Source of the DNA: Lytechinus pictus
Taxonomy: Eukaryota
Direction: 5' to 3'
Assembly: GCF_037042905.1 (NCBI RefSeq)
Contig: NC_087246.1
Coordinates: forward strand, 22,320,001-22,384,000
DNA: 64,000 nucleotides
Below, piece after piece: positions 25,800 to 39,982 of the stretch (position 1 is its first letter; each line of letters begins with the position of its first letter). The position numbers and the translations under genes are program-made. The notes under the pieces are model-generated. The model saw nothing but the letters and a program-made list of their open reading frames with translations. It had not been told where the DNA came from and did no database searches.

Positions 25800-28469
25800 A
25801 TAGAGTTGTATTTGCTTAGAAATGACAAAGAAAGAGCATAATTTCCCACAATAGGAAAACTTGTTCAACTCAGAATTGCTCCTCTAAAATTCTGATATTC
25901 AAGGAGGCCTACTACTGTTCTTACCGCACCCATCTTCATTGTCAACTTTATAAACCACATTATTCCAAAGCAAAATAATCAGTGAAGATTTAAAATTCAA
26001 ACAAATTCAACATTTATAAAGATTTTGATTTCTAATTTTTGACAAAATAGAGAGATTTGAAAGATCACAATGTTAAATTTCTTATAGATGTGGAAGACCA
26101 TTATTTTAATATCTAGTAGTGTTTCATGAAATATACAATTTCATAGGTCCAATTGGTTTCAACTTTAAGAGTATAGGCCTACCATCCTTTTGAGTTCCAG
26201 CAAAAAAAAAACACCTTTAAACAAAATTCTAAAGGCGAATTCTACACACAGTCTGTATTACTAGAAGAACAATTAAACATCTACTATAGATAAACACCTG
26301 TAGTCCTTTGGGAGCAAGAGAGCAGATCGGTGGATCATGCACTAACACTACAGGAATATTGACTGAGTGAAAACAGGTCAAATTTCCCAATTTATTTGGC
26401 TACTACTAGTATAAATGGGGGTACGATCTCCTCGAAGAAGCTGCTGGATACAAGTAGGTATGGTTTCTTAAGATGTTCCTTACCATGCAGTAGGGGGAAT
26501 CAAAACAATTTGACACCACTGGACCACTGAAGACAGAGTTAAGAGTAAATTGAGATCAGGAGTACAAAAAAAGTAATGTAGGTCTCTTATTACTTTACAT
26601 GGAAAGTCAATAAATAGACACTGCTTTGGTAAAATGAATCATCAGTGACCACTGAACACTTGTTCCTTAATATCACAGACCTACATTAAAATACAGATAT
26701 ATAATATGCTAGAGGTTGCAAGTCCATGGCTCATATCAAATCATCTCAAAGTATGAAGAGAGAGATAGAGGGGGAGAGATGTGGAAGGGGAGAAAACAGA
26801 TGGAAACGTAAATAAAGGAATATAGAGAAAAGTGTGTGTTCGTGTTGAATAATAAATTTGGAAAAGAAGAGTTAAAGAAAGAGAAAGAAGGGGAAGGGGT
26901 TATATAGAGATAGATGGGATGGGCGGTGGGAAAGAAAGACAAGAAAGAAGGGAAAAGAACAAGAGTAGACACATACTGTAAAAATAAGATAGGGAATGGG
27001 GAGAAAGAACAGGATAAAATAAAGTGCTAATTTAGATTCATGAACACACATAACAAGAATAGCCTGCAGCCGTATCTACTTAAAGGAATCACTTGACAAA
27101 ATCTTTGGCCCATGGCTCCCTACAAGAAGAGGTCAAGCACTTGCATAACGATGATTCACTCTTTCATTTGATTTGTTTCCTACTATTTTGGTTTCCTTTC
27201 AACCCTTACAGCCCCTTCCCCTTCTAATCGCACATCGTAATAGAAAAAAAGTTTCTTTCTTTAAATCAAAAACACTATAATGCCATTTGAAATCATGTTC
27301 ATTTTACTTTGAAAACCTACAAATTATTCTAGTCATTTAGATCACATGTAGGCCTACTTCTATTAGGGAAATACATGCTTTAAACGAAAGCAGATACATG
27401 TAATGCAATGGTGATGAGAGTTGTTATGATGATGATGATGCTAATGAAGTAATGATGATGATGATGCTGATGATGAGTTATGATGATGATGATGGTGGTG
27501 GTGGTGAGTATGATGATAGCAATGAATAGAGTTAGAGCTGTTATCAATACCCGCTAAAAAAACACAAACCATGCAAAATCAGAGGGCAAACTAAAAATAC
27601 TACAAATCAATGACCTTCAAATGAACTGTCACTTCAATAGTGGTTCTGATGAAAGCTACAATGTAATTAAAGAACTAAAAATACTTTCATGAAAATAACA
27701 TTCCAAAGTTCTTTACAGGATGAAATTAACAGGCAGGCAGGAAATACCAACTAAACTGTGGTAAATTTCACACTGTAATATACATGTACTCTTGTTATTG
27801 ATTGATAATTGACAAGGACACCTGTTTAAAAAATGACATTGAATACAGACAGATTAACCTCTTGATAACTGATAAATGGTGGTTTTTTTGGAGGGGGAAT
27901 AAGATTTGAATTTAAATTTTAATCAAAATAAAAAGTGGATAAACAGAAGTTTGTGAACAATTGAAAAGAAAACACTTGAAGATATTTCAAAGACAATTCT
28001 ACAAGGCATTTCTCTCTGTTTCTTTTTTCTATTTTGATAAATGCCTCCTAAAAGGTATTTTAAATTAGAAAATTCATGTAAAGCCAAGTACAACAGGCAG
28101 TAAGCTATCCTGAATCAAACAACCATGAATGAATTACCAATATTTTCAAGTAGAACAAAAATCATTCATATTTGACAATCTAAGAATAAAACTCTGATTC
28201 CAAATTGTAATCAACATGTTTATGAGATGCTTTTTGCTATGAGCATCCAATCTAAACTTGCTTCAGACTTTGGATAGCATAGCCGAAGGGGAAGCCCTCT
28301 ATATTACATATAGAATTTCTTTAATATCACAAAATCCCTATACTTTACCAAACAATCTGTCATTCGAGATGTCTAGCAAGGGGCACTTGAGCTCAAAATC
28401 CATCATGTGTCTGTTAATGAATAATGCTCTGGGCAAATAAGCATCAATTACATTGCATTCTATACTTAC

Positions 28470-28630
28470 AACAACAAGATAGAGACCAATTCCCACTGCA
28501 TAAAGAACAGTTGATGGGACTGTAGAGTCTTTGTACGGGTATGATATTGTCTCATCACTACAGAAGAAGCCCCTTTGAAACACCGGTAGATCAAAGCCAG
28601 GCAGACGGAAAAGCAATGCTGGCAGAACCA
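28470..28630 (-). CDS. PLPP1: PLPP coding exon 2 (…PVFQRGFFCSDETISYPYKDSTVPSTVLYAVGIGLYLVV)
   Basis: Family motif RGFFCxDxxIxYPY; TTTCAG acceptor, GTAAGT donor; 161 nt, phase 1 to 0. Confidence 0.93.
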
Positions 28631-31600
28631 CTGAAAATAAATGGAAAAGTGGAAATGTAATAATACGAGCAGATATGTACATTAAATTGTCCCCCCAAAA
28701 ATGAATCAGTTGATAAATATACAGTATATCAAGGCATTCTTATACATTAAATTAACTACATGTAATCCGTATACCATAATTATTGTACTATTTATTGTAG
28801 AGTTTTCATTATAAAAAATATGACTTAAATAACACACCAACATGACCCTGGTCAGTTTGAATTATTTTGGAGTGTGTACATGTACATGTACAGTACCTTC
28901 ACCCCCTCCCCTTTCTCTCTCCTTGGCTCATAGGGGATTCTCCATCCTTTGCTCATTCCAAATTGGAAGATCCTTCTTAAAGTGTCCTGCCACCTCTTCC
29001 AGAACATCCCCTGCCTACTACTCATCACACTTGACTCACCAGTACACCTGGGAGATAATAATCTCATCATCAAATACCCTAAAATCCTCACTTCATTGAA
29101 TCGCCATTAGACCATTCCAGACTTGGTGCACGGAATCGGCATGTTGGCCTACCGGTAAAAAGTGCCTGTCACACCCTGGATGTCTAAGCCAGCGTATGCC
29201 GACTTACCTATGTACATTTATCTTATTTCTTGATCAAGCATTTTATTTGATATCAAGAATTGCCTTTTGTTGACACAACACAAAATATCGAGAAACTGTT
29301 TTGTGTTGTTAACAAAAGGCAATTGTATCAAGGAATATTACTAAAATGAGAAATGGCTTGCCGTACGAAGGTTTAGCAGGTGTGACAGCCACTATAAGGA
29401 ATACCAATGGATGGCCAATGGTTGATGTAGAACTAATAATTCCCTGGTCGTAATACGACAAATGTAAACAAACATACATGCAGGATTTTCTTAAATTGTA
29501 ATAGTTTTTATAAAAGAAAGATCATTTCAGAAGACAGAACTGCCTGAAATCAAATTTTTAGATCAAGTGATTTATCAGCTACCCATCATTGCAGAAGATC
29601 AAAATTTAGTCAGCCAGGATGACCATTTGTTGTGTTATGTCTGAGATGTGAACAGGTTCTTGTGTTCATGATGAACATCATCTAATAACTCCCTCAATGT
29701 GTACCCTGACCCATTTGTTGAATGCACTTTTTATAGACTTCTCAAGGCAAATATTTGGAATATTAGGTACCTGTATTAAAGGTATACCAGTTCACACTGA
29801 AATCTTAATACCTATCTTAACATGACATGAGTCATAGAGTACTAGTCCAGGGGAAAACTGAAGCTTTCATATCTACTGAAACCAAGACTCTATGATGAGC
29901 TGTTTAAACAATCAAAAGATATAATCCCACTCTATTAACTGTGTACTCTGTAGAATTCCATGTATCATTTTCATACCCGAATACTAATGTCTTGAAAAAA
30001 AAATTGTGGTATTTTAAAAAATGAAAAGGGACATATTTCTCTTGGGTGTTATATTAAATGAATGGACATTTTAAATGGGACAGCAATGAACTGAAAGGGG
30101 TATCAAGGTGTTAAGTCTGCTACTTCTGATCGATGGATAATCCCTTTCTGCATGGTGTAGATTTCAAACCATAGATATCTGACTCATAAATTGCTTTGAT
30201 TGAATTATAGACTATTTCTAGCCAATCTCTAATATTGACCCTCTCATCTGGGCCCGGGTGACTGTACAGTACATGTACATGTATTTTACTCGAGGAGTAT
30301 TCTGGGTGGCAGAGGAATGGAAGTTGATATTCATCTCCACAAAGTTCATAATTTCTAAATGACTTCTTGGTTCTTAAACGGAATGAATGGTAAATCCAGA
30401 CTAGATTATGATTTTTTTGAACAAATGTGCCTGATAAAAAAATATACTTTCACTGTAAAGCTTATTTGAAATAAAAAAAAATCGTCATGAAATGAATCAC
30501 ACTAATAAAAATACTCCAGTTCTCATTTTGAGAATATTTCACTTTGAATTTAAAAAGGTCATCCCCTTTTGGTTCAAATATTTTCTCATTAACACACAAC
30601 TTTTATGTAAACTATCTAAAGTCAGGAATAAATCAGAAGAAAGAATAAAAATGAAGTCTGTTCTGCATTTAGTTCGGGATCCATGCAATATGAACATGTA
30701 CAGTATGTCACTAAAGGCTGGATACAATATGATGTACCGGTATACAATTGTATGTGATGTAATTGAGTGGAACATTCGGTTCATTAACTTCAACTCCATG
30801 GGGGAAATGCATTCTGATTGGCTCAATTTGAAGTACTTAATAATATAAGTCATACACAATAAGATTTAAAAAAAGGGCTGATATTTCCTTCCTTGTGAGG
30901 ATCGAATTTCCAATATAATTTCCCATAATTACTCAGTGAATGCAAACATCAATGATTCATATCATGTTCTGATTAGAAAAGGGAAGAGATTCTTTTTGTG
31001 TGTGCAAGAGTATTTTAGAAGAGAGAGAGAGCACAAGAGAAAGAGGTAGATACATGTAGAAGGAAAGAGGGAGAGAGACAGAAAGAGAGATAGAGGTACA
31101 GATATCAGCACAGATACATGTGGCTTAAAATATAAACTAAGTTCACATCTAAGTATGATTGGTTTTTACATATGTACAATGTACATGTAGGTCCTGTACG
31201 CAGAAGAGACCTTCATATTTGCAGCTTGAGCTATTATGGCTGCAAATCTCCATGTAAAAGTAACACTTTGCATGCTGAATGAGGTGAAATGAGGAGGAAA
31301 CAGTTGTATTCTGCTCTTTCACAGTCCAATGTATTGTAAAAGTCTAAGTATAAATAAAACAAACCACCATGTTGTGATAATATTGTTACACTCAAACTAA
31401 AGGGTTAATATTAATGTAAGAATTTCCAATGAAATAATCAATTTATTGAACCTGAAAAAAGTGCCAAAGTACATATTGAATCAAAAATAAATTCTCTAAA
31501 CCAAAGTTACATACATGTACATGTACGTGCATCAAGAAATACACCAGGGCTGCTTTCGGAAAACAAAAATAAACAGAGGTGAAGAGAACATTAAAAAGCA

Positions 31601-33482
31601 CAATGGCTTGATGTACTGTAATTGAAAGCACTGAAAACCTCTTACTGAGTTAACACCCCTCCTCTTGGCTGTAATCTTGTTAAAAGCATGTACATCCTCA
31701 CTTTAAATTGGATTATACCATCAGTGTTCTATTTCATGAAGTGGGATAATGAGAGCACTGGGGCAACAACCTATTGGGCTTCGGCTTAATATTGTAGACA
31801 GTACACCGGTATAAGAGGGCATCATCTTTCCTTTATGACTGCTTCAGTAAACCATGGACATATTATGAGTAAACAAAGAAATGCCATGAAATAGTGAAAT
31901 TACTGCGCCCCCCATGCACTACAAAAATTGTCCTCCCTGAATATTAAACTGCAAGGAATGGGGTTTTATTATTACTGTATTTCTATTTTCACCTACAAAC
32001 TATATGGACCTGTCACATCTTTCACAGCTATCACAAGCAAACCAAGATGTGCCTGACACACAGGTAACATATTTTTAAATACACGCAAGTATGCGCAAAA
32101 GAGCACACAAAGCTTGCCGACATCATAGTCTGCTGGAGAAATTATGTTGCCCGATCACTGGAAAATCCCTGGATGAAACATTCCCAAGTAGATTGCATGG
32201 AAAGTTGTTACAGGGTCTTCATACATTTAATGCATAAAATTACTAAAAATATCTGACATGTAATGTTTATCAATTTACCTTTCCTCTAAGTACAGTTAGT
32301 ACACACAGCCGAGTTTGGAGAGCCTGCAATATTTCTATTTTCATCTGCATATGGGCATTTTCAATGACTCATTATACAGTGTCAATTATCTTGTGAGCAT
32401 AAGCCATGCAGAAAATTGACCAATCAGTCATAACTGAGACATTATGGCTGTTGTTTCAAGAGTCTCTACTAAAGCCTAATATTCTAGGCTCATTGGTGCA
32501 TTTCCTGGACTTTAATCCATGAAGCTATTATCCTCTGCCTATACACATGGTGTTCACACATTTTGCAGTTGAAAGAGAATCGATACTCCCTATTATAAAT
32601 TCACTCTCAAATAGTCCAAATTTGAAAAGTTATACCCCAAAGAAAAATTTTACACTGCCTTGTGAAGTATAAATGAAGTTACAGCTTTTCATAATGGTAA
32701 GTCAGTGCAGTGCCTGCTCTTGAGAAACACCCCCCCCCCCGGGCCCCATTATGAATTCAAATATGAAATTGAATGCCAAAAATGCAGTTTGAGTCCTCAG
32801 GATTTGTTCTAACTTTCTTTTTCTCCTTTTATTCTAAACTGCCTTTTTTTTGCACCCCCTGAAAGTGACACCCAGTGCATACATGTATCCCACTGCCCCC
32901 TAGAAATTCCACTCACTTTGAATTATATACATACATGTGTTATTACACTGTAACACATGTGTTTAAAAGTGCATTTGAACTTTCAATTTATTTTCTGTTC
33001 ATTGTTTAAAGAAGTGAAGGAGAATAACTCATAAATATTGCAAAATGCTTGTAAGGTCTAATTCTGAAAAGGAATTCATAGTTTCGGTGTTGCAACTCCA
33101 ACATGAGGGATTATCTCATAATAAGCATGCGTTTGTGTAAAATATGGTATGACATCATGGTTTCCATGGCGATGAGAGGTTCTCTCATAATGCAAAACAA
33201 TTTATACAAGTTATAACCTTGAAAGCTGTATGAGTGAGTAGGCATTAGGAACATTACCCTCATTATTCTCATCACCATACATATGTACATGTTCATCTTC
33301 ATTAGACAGATGGTAGACCGATTCCATCAAGATTCTAACAACAGCCTATAATGACAGTGATGCGACATTTGCTACAAGGACACTTGCTCCCATCCTCCAG
33401 GTTTCATCATTTTCATCAAAGAATGACTTGAAGGCCTAGGGATCTCTCTTAATTATAAAGGAGAAGGATGATGCGTCTTTAA

Positions 33483-34038
33483 AGGGATACTCCGGGCTGA
33501 AGATATTTATGTCTAAATAAACAGAGTAAAATTCACAGAGCAAAATGCTGAAAATTTCATCAAAGTCGGATAACAAATAACAAAGTTATTGAATTTTAAA
33601 GATTTGCATGATTCCGGTGAAACAGTTCTAGGTATGTCTTCATTAGGTGGGAGGATGATGTCACATCCCCACTTTCCTTTTTCTTACGTATGTTATTACA
33701 AGAAATCATTATTGTTCATTTTTTCATAAATGTGTATAAAATGGTGTGTCTCCATTATTATGAAATAAGTTGCAGCAAGAAATAACTAATGCACTTAATC
33801 AGTTGTCAATCTAATAGTTCTTGGTAGAAAAATGTTGAATAAACCTAATTTCATGTAATAAAATACAAAAGAATAAAAAGACATGCCTAGAACTGTTTCA
33901 CATGAATATTAATGCAAATCTTTAAAATTCAATATCTTTGTTACTTGTTATCTGATTTTGATAAAAATTTCAGCTTTTTGCTCTGTGAATTTTACTCCAT
34001 TTATTGAGATATAAATATCTTCAGCCTGGAGCATCCCT
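33483..34038. mobile_element. TTAA-flanked (Kolobok-like) MITE
   Basis: TTAA-AGGGATACTCCGGGCTGAAGATATTT … AAATATCTTCAGCCTGGAGCATCCCT-TTAA, with long TIRs. Confidence 0.8.
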
Positions 34039-35418
34039 TTAAGGGGGAGGGGTTCTGATAGCAATACAATAACATGTACACATTAATTGCACATGTTATC
34101 AGAGCTTTAATGACAATGATGGGGCATTTGCTGAATGTGAAAATACATACACTTCCAACCATATCTTAATCACTACAATCAACTGCTTGGCTACTTGATC
34201 AGGTGGTCCTAAAATGGTGCACAGTGTAAAGGATTGACATAAAACATAAAGGATTTTAATTATAAGACCATGGCATGGGACAAAACAATAAAACTCATAT
34301 CTGGCCATGATTGGTGAAATAATCTGTTATCCTTTCTATAGTGCATGCAGGTTTCTTATTAAGTGCAATCACAACCTTGGACATGATGACTTCATTAAAC
34401 TACAATTAATGAAAACTAAAATTCATGAAACTACAATTTTATCCACTTTAAAACAACTTGAATATTAAACAAACTAAAGTCCACATTCATATTCACATTC
34501 ATTACTCTTACAGGTGATGACTGGGGGTTCAGTTTCACAGTGGGTATGCATGTATTTTGTTAAAAAGGAGGATTTTTCCTGTTTTTGATGCATTCATGCA
34601 AAATTCCATATAAGGGCACACTCAAGCATTTGATTTTTAAAAAATGAGAGAAGAACCGAACGCCCATCCAATTTTTGCCAGACAAAGAAAGCCCACAAAT
34701 ATGATTAGAATAGCCAATTATCCTCCACAATGAGTCATCATACTTTGTACTTCCATAGTACTACTGTATCTCCTGGAGTAGAATTCAGTTGAATCACTAC
34801 TACTTGATTATTTATAGCGAGGCTTAGACACCATGTCACTCTGCAGCAGTGTGTCATAAATTAATTTGTTTATTCAATTTCCACTGATCAAGTGAAATGG
34901 GTGTTTAGAACTTAAGTGAGCATTTTGAGGTCTTTTTAATGAATATTGGGCAATTCATGAAGTACAAAATGGGAGTGGATATTGAATGAATTCATCAAGG
35001 TCAGGGGAGGTACATTGTAAATGACAATGATGAATAAAGTAGAACACAAATAACCGATGAAGTACAGTATACATGTACTAAATACTCAATATTGACCCCT
35101 TTTTTTTGGGGGGGGGGGCAAGTGTGTAAGTTTACATACATGTACACCTTTTATTCAAACTCTACTTACTGACAAATGGCCTAATTCGCTTCACTCTATT
35201 ACATGCATATATGGTCCATAATCTATCTACATGTATGGCATCATCCAAAATCAGAAAACTATTTTTAAAGTACACCCCAGTGACTCTACTAAAGACCTTA
35301 CGGCTTAGGCCTACATGTACATATACTGTTCTTGAAGGTCTTAAAAGTCATTTTTTAAAGTATATAAATTATATATGGATAGAATTTCCATCAAACCCAT
35401 CCTCCAGGTCAATTTTCA

Positions 35419-35813
35419 AAGGGGAAGTTCACTCTAAAATAAAGTCCAGTGCAGAACATGAAAGAATTAAAGTTAGGCAAACTCTACCAAAGGAAAAATA
35501 TAGTTAAAGTATTTATTTGTGATCTCACATATGGGCAACTGTACAATTCCTTTTCTCTTTAAAGGCTGAAAAATTCTCAGACATTTCACAATGTTATCAC
35601 AAAAAAAAATATTATATTTTCAGTCAACATGAACCATGAAAAATAGGATAAATTATTGGAAAATGTAGCAGCTGCTTCCATCACAAAATTATAATTTAAA
35701 AAATTCACAACTCTGTTTCTTTGATTTCCTTCCATCTTTGATTAATATTTTTCTCTAATGTTTTGTTTTTATCAAATTAAAAGCCTGACTAAATATCTGG
35801 GTGGATTCCCCCT
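35419..35813. mobile_element. Degenerate TTAA-flanked (Kolobok-like) MITE
   Basis: AAAGGGGAAGTTCAC … GTGGATTCCCCTTTAA; related to 55406-56069. Confidence 0.5.
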
Positions 35814-36971
35814 TTAAACAGAGTCAAATTATAAAATAAGGAAATATTTTACTTCAAACGTCTGAGATCAATTACTAGTAGGAGCTAGACAAATAACACT
35901 GCAATTTGGTTGTTGCTATAGAACCAGGAAGGCAATATTGCAAATTATGTACACTGCATCCTGTGTCAACTTCAGTTTTAATATGTCTGACTTTTGCCTG
36001 ACAATAAAAGATGATGTGTGGCAACTGGCAAGTAGGGCATAATTATTACAACATATCTAGATTTATCTCTTTCTTCCACATTTACAATGATTGTAAGCAA
36101 CATGGACACTGAGTATGTTTGTGTACTTTGTAATTCAAAATGAATTCATGCCTGACTGTGTATACATTATGCAAGACTAATTTGGGATGAAAATATTGAC
36201 TATACTGGGAATCTTTGCCAGGAAATACACTGCATTTTGCATTGATGTACACAGGGCAATGATCAAAGTTACAGTATGTTAATTTCACTATATTCAAACT
36301 GTACTGAATATTCCTCCAGCGACTGTCAACAGTTTTCAAGAAAATTATCCTGATTTACTTCTTTAATCAGGGAAATTACAGAAAAAAAGTAATTTTGTAT
36401 TTTGGTTTTAAATGTATAAATGTATAGAACTAGTACTGGGTTTTGGGTGAATGGGTATCAATCCATAGTTTTAGCTTTTTGAAAATGAAATTTGTTCTTT
36501 AAACATAAACAAATGCAAGTCTCAAAGTCAAATTTTAAAGCTTAAAATTCTTGATATTGCTAATTTTGTCCAGATGTACATGAACTACTTGGATCTATCA
36601 TACAAATTACATGTAGGTTAACTTGAAATTTAATTCAATTCAATTTAAAAATGGTTTATTAAAACATAGCTCGCAGCCAAAGGCTGAAGAAAAACATATG
36701 TACATGTAGAATTAAAAATAACAAAATGTTCATTAAAGTGAGATCGTATGAGAGGAAATAATTACTTCTTATACATGCAATGCAAGGAGATAAATTGGTG
36801 AAAATGAAAATCATAAATTGTATTTAATGTTTTAAATATAAAGTACACAACATGTACATATGAATGGAAAGTATAAAGTAAATAGAAACGGGAAGATGGG
36901 GAACTGGATAGAAATGGGCATAGGGAGACAAACAGAGAAAAGATAGTAAAGGAAAAGGATAATTACATGTA

Positions 36972-37880
36972 AAGGACAAGTCCACCCCAACAAAATGTTG
37001 ATTTGAATAAAAAGAGAAAAATCCAACAATCATAACACTGAAGATTTCATCAAAATCAGATGTAAATTAAGATAGTTATGACATTTTATAGTTTTGCTTA
37101 ATTTCACAAAACAGTTATACATGTATGCACATCCTGGTCAGTATGATAATAATAATAATTGTAAATTTATATTGTGCAATTTCTATTTGGATATACTCAA
37201 CTGCGCATTACAATACATAACAGATAAGCAGAAAAGCAATTATTAACAGGATACGCAAACATATTAGAAGTAAATTTATGTTCGCTAAATTAATCGAAGA
37301 AAAATAAGTAAAGATTAATTATTTCTCCAAATACATAACAAAAAAGTGACTTATTTATTAAAAACTCTCTTGAAAGAGGTGGGATTTCAGTTTAGTTTTA
37401 AATAAGTTGACAGAGGATGCATTTCTTATTGAGGAAGGGAGACTATGCAAATGAGGCGACTGATGACATCATCCACTCACTATTTCTCTTGTACTTTATT
37501 TATAACATATGAAATAATCTAATTTTCTCCTCATTGTCAAGTGAAACAACAATTAATTCGTCACTGAAAATGTGAAATTAGCATTGTATATGGTTCAGTC
37601 AAGTTGGTCCTTATTGTAAAATCTTTGAAAAATGAAATATTGTATTATACGGTAATTCAAACAATATAAAACAAAAGAAATAGTGAGTGAAGGACATCAT
37701 CTACTGTCTCATTTCCATCACTGAGTTGTGCATATCACTGTTTTGTGAAAAATAAGCGAAACTTTAAAATGTCATAACTTTCTTACTTTACATCCGATTT
37801 TGATGAAATTTTCAGCGTTGTGCTAGTTTGATTTTTCTCTATTTATTCAAATCAGCATTTTCTGGGGTGGACTTGACCTT
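36972..37880. mobile_element. Kolobok-like MITE interrupted by a LINE 3' fragment
   Basis: TIRs AAGGACAAGTCCACCCCA / TGGGGTGGACTTGACCTT; a degenerate relative lies at about 16200-16630. Confidence 0.75.
37147..37443 (-). mobile_element. 5'-truncated L2/CR1-type LINE tail
   Basis: Minus frame SLPSSIRNASSVNLFKTKLKSHLFQE (ORF2 C-terminus), an (ATT)n tail, and a short TATG target duplication inside the host MITE. Confidence 0.75.
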
Positions 37881-38432
37881 GACCTTGATATACATGTAGG
37901 TGGAAAGTAAATACAGCGGATTGGGCCAGAAAGATAAAGAAAGTAGTGGCAAACTCAAAGAAAAAAAAACAGCTAACAAACAAACAAAAGCATGCATGTA
38001 TGACAACAAATTAAGTAGAGAGTAGACCGAGTGGGGAATTACGATACAATGATGACTATCCTAGCAAATAAAACACTACATGTATATCCATACTATCATC
38101 GGGAGGGGGGGTATCAACAAATTCATCTAGTTCTCATTTTGTAAGTCTGAAGTAAGAATTAAGGGGGGTGACTATTTACGTATCGGCCAGTTTTGCATTT
38201 GAATTGGTTGTACTTGGGGATTTTCCTTTAGTTCCGTCAATACACTGTACATGTACCATTTGCTGACACGTATCATTATCATGGATTTATACTAGGCCTA
38301 GATTTTGGAGAGGGAAATAAATGTTCCAAGCACTCTACATGTAGAAAAGACCCAGAGTCCCAGACTGGACTCAAAAGTGAAATTAACAAACCATGTAACA
38401 AAATAAATACTTAGCAATGTCATCAGCAATGT

Positions 38433-38733
38433 GGAAGCGCCGTGGTGTAGCGGTTCTGACTCTCGCCTTGTAATCAGAGGGTCGTGTGTTCGAATCCTAC
38501 CATGGTCTAGCATCCTTTGGCAAGGCGTCAATCCACACTTTGCCACCCTCACCCAGGTGCTAATTGGGTACCGGTAGGAAACAACCGTCATTGTGGTTGG
38601 TTTAGCAAGTGTGCGCCTAACAGGCTGCTTGAAATGCTATGAATCCAGTGACCGGGTAATAATAATTGTGAAGCGCTTTGAGCAGTCGTAGATTGATAAA
38701 GCGCTATATAAATTCCAATTATTATTATTATTA
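38433..38733 (+). mobile_element. tRNA-derived SINE
   Basis: A box TGGTGTAGCGG, B box GTTCGAATCC, L2-like 3' end (AAGCGCTTTG…AAAGCGCTATATAAAT), and (TTA)n tail. Confidence 0.85.
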
Positions 38734-39425
38734 TCAGCATGGATGAAATAAATGGTAGTGAATGGACTGGTGACTTATTTCATAATACTGTTCTTGGCGA
38801 GACTCTCATACTCCCGACTGGGGGACACCTGCAAGAGTGGTTTTTGCTCTGTCAACTGAGTCTTTCAAGAGCCACAGAACCACTCCACTCACCCTCCCCT
38901 CCGTTAATAGCTCTTAAGTTGAGATGAATCTTTTTACTTTCACTATAGTTAAGTTCAGGGGCACATCCAGGATTTTCCAAAGGGGGGGCACATTTTCCCG
39001 AGGAAAAATTTGACAAGCAAAAAAAAAAAAAAAAATGTTTTGAACCAAATATTACTTAAGGATTTGACAAGCAAAAAAAAAGGGGAAAAAAATGTCTTCA
39101 CTCTCAAAAGGGGGGGGGCACATTTCTTTTTTGTTTTAACCTATTTATTCGGTCTACAGTCTAATAAATATTTTAATATGACTCGCTGGGCCTAGCACTT
39201 ATGATGAAGCCCTCTTCCCGGTGGTAAACCAGATGTAGGGGTGTAACGTTACTCGTTAGACATAGCAGTTAGCTGGCAGTGCATTATTATTTACAGCACG
39301 ATTGGATAGCTGCATTTCAGCGGATAATGTAGTTTGACTCACGGGCGGCACACGGCAAACATACACGTCAGTTTTCGGTGACCCGACTGGAAGCAAATCT
39401 GACAAATACATTGCATTTTTCTTAC

Positions 39426-39495
39426 CTAGTGCTATTGCCAATGTATCCAGGAATATGAAGCCACATTTGGCTACTCCTCCATTCGTCCCTGCCAT
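39426..39495 (-). CDS. PLPP1: Lipid phosphate phosphatase (PLPP/PAP2 family), coding exon 1: MAGTNGGVAKCGFIFLDTLAIAL
   Basis: ATG at 39495 in a CpG-rich region; GTAAGA donor in phase 1 matching the phase-1 acceptor of the next exon; FLDxLxI resembles the start of TM1 of PLPPs. The vertebrate paralog (PLPP1/2/3) cannot be resolved. Confidence 0.8.
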
Positions 39496-39740
39496 TGTAA
39501 AAAAATTATAAATTTCGGTTATTTAGCAGTTTAGTCCTGTTATTTCTCCCACTGCACTGCCAAGTTCTTCCGACAATCTGATGACGAATCGAGTCGACTA
39601 TACTAGTCAGCTATGTGTGGTTTTCTATGCGCGGACGACCGCCACCCGCTGCAGACTGCATTGGGAAAGCAGGCTTGTGTATTAATGACGTAATGCTAAA
39701 AATAGAATCTTGAAATACCCCCACTGTGGATGGATTTAGC
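39496..39740 (-). promoter_or_regulatory. Putative PLPP promoter/5'UTR; CpG-rich, with an ATF/CRE-like site TGACGTAA at 39686-39693
   Basis: Local CpG enrichment upstream of the first coding exon, in contrast to the CpG-poor gene body. Confidence 0.45.
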
Positions 39741-39754
39741 CCGGGGTATAAATG

Positions 39755-39862
39755 AAGATGATGATGAAGATGATTGATGATGATGAAAATGATGATGATG
39801 ACGATGATGATGACGACGACGATGAAGATGATGGTGATGATGAATGATGATGATGATGATGA
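39755..39862. repeat. (GAT/GAC)n microsatellite
   Basis: Imperfect trinucleotide run; similar tracts at about 15392-15460, 27425-27520 and 41155-41250. Confidence 0.9.
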
Positions 39863-39982
39863 CGAGAAACATTAATAAAGCGTTTAATACACAATGCTTC
39901 TATGCGGTATATAAGTAAACAAATAAGTTGAATAATAATCTTGGGTAACGAATTACAAACCAACATAAAGGTAAGCCTACAC

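Noticed and set aside
30492-30859. Antiparallel 118-aa and 106-aa ORFs
   Set aside because: AT-rich intronic sequence without motifs or splice support; most likely a chance ORF or decayed repeat.
38433-38505. tRNA gene
   Set aside because: A and B boxes are present, but the sequence continues into a SINE body and (TTA)n tail, and a second copy at 58044 shows the same; it is a SINE head.
24674-39425. Mutually exclusive second copy of PLPP exon 2, as in mammalian PLPP1
   Set aside because: No second RGFFC/YPY-like exon was seen by eye in introns 1-2; tblastn would be needed to exclude it.
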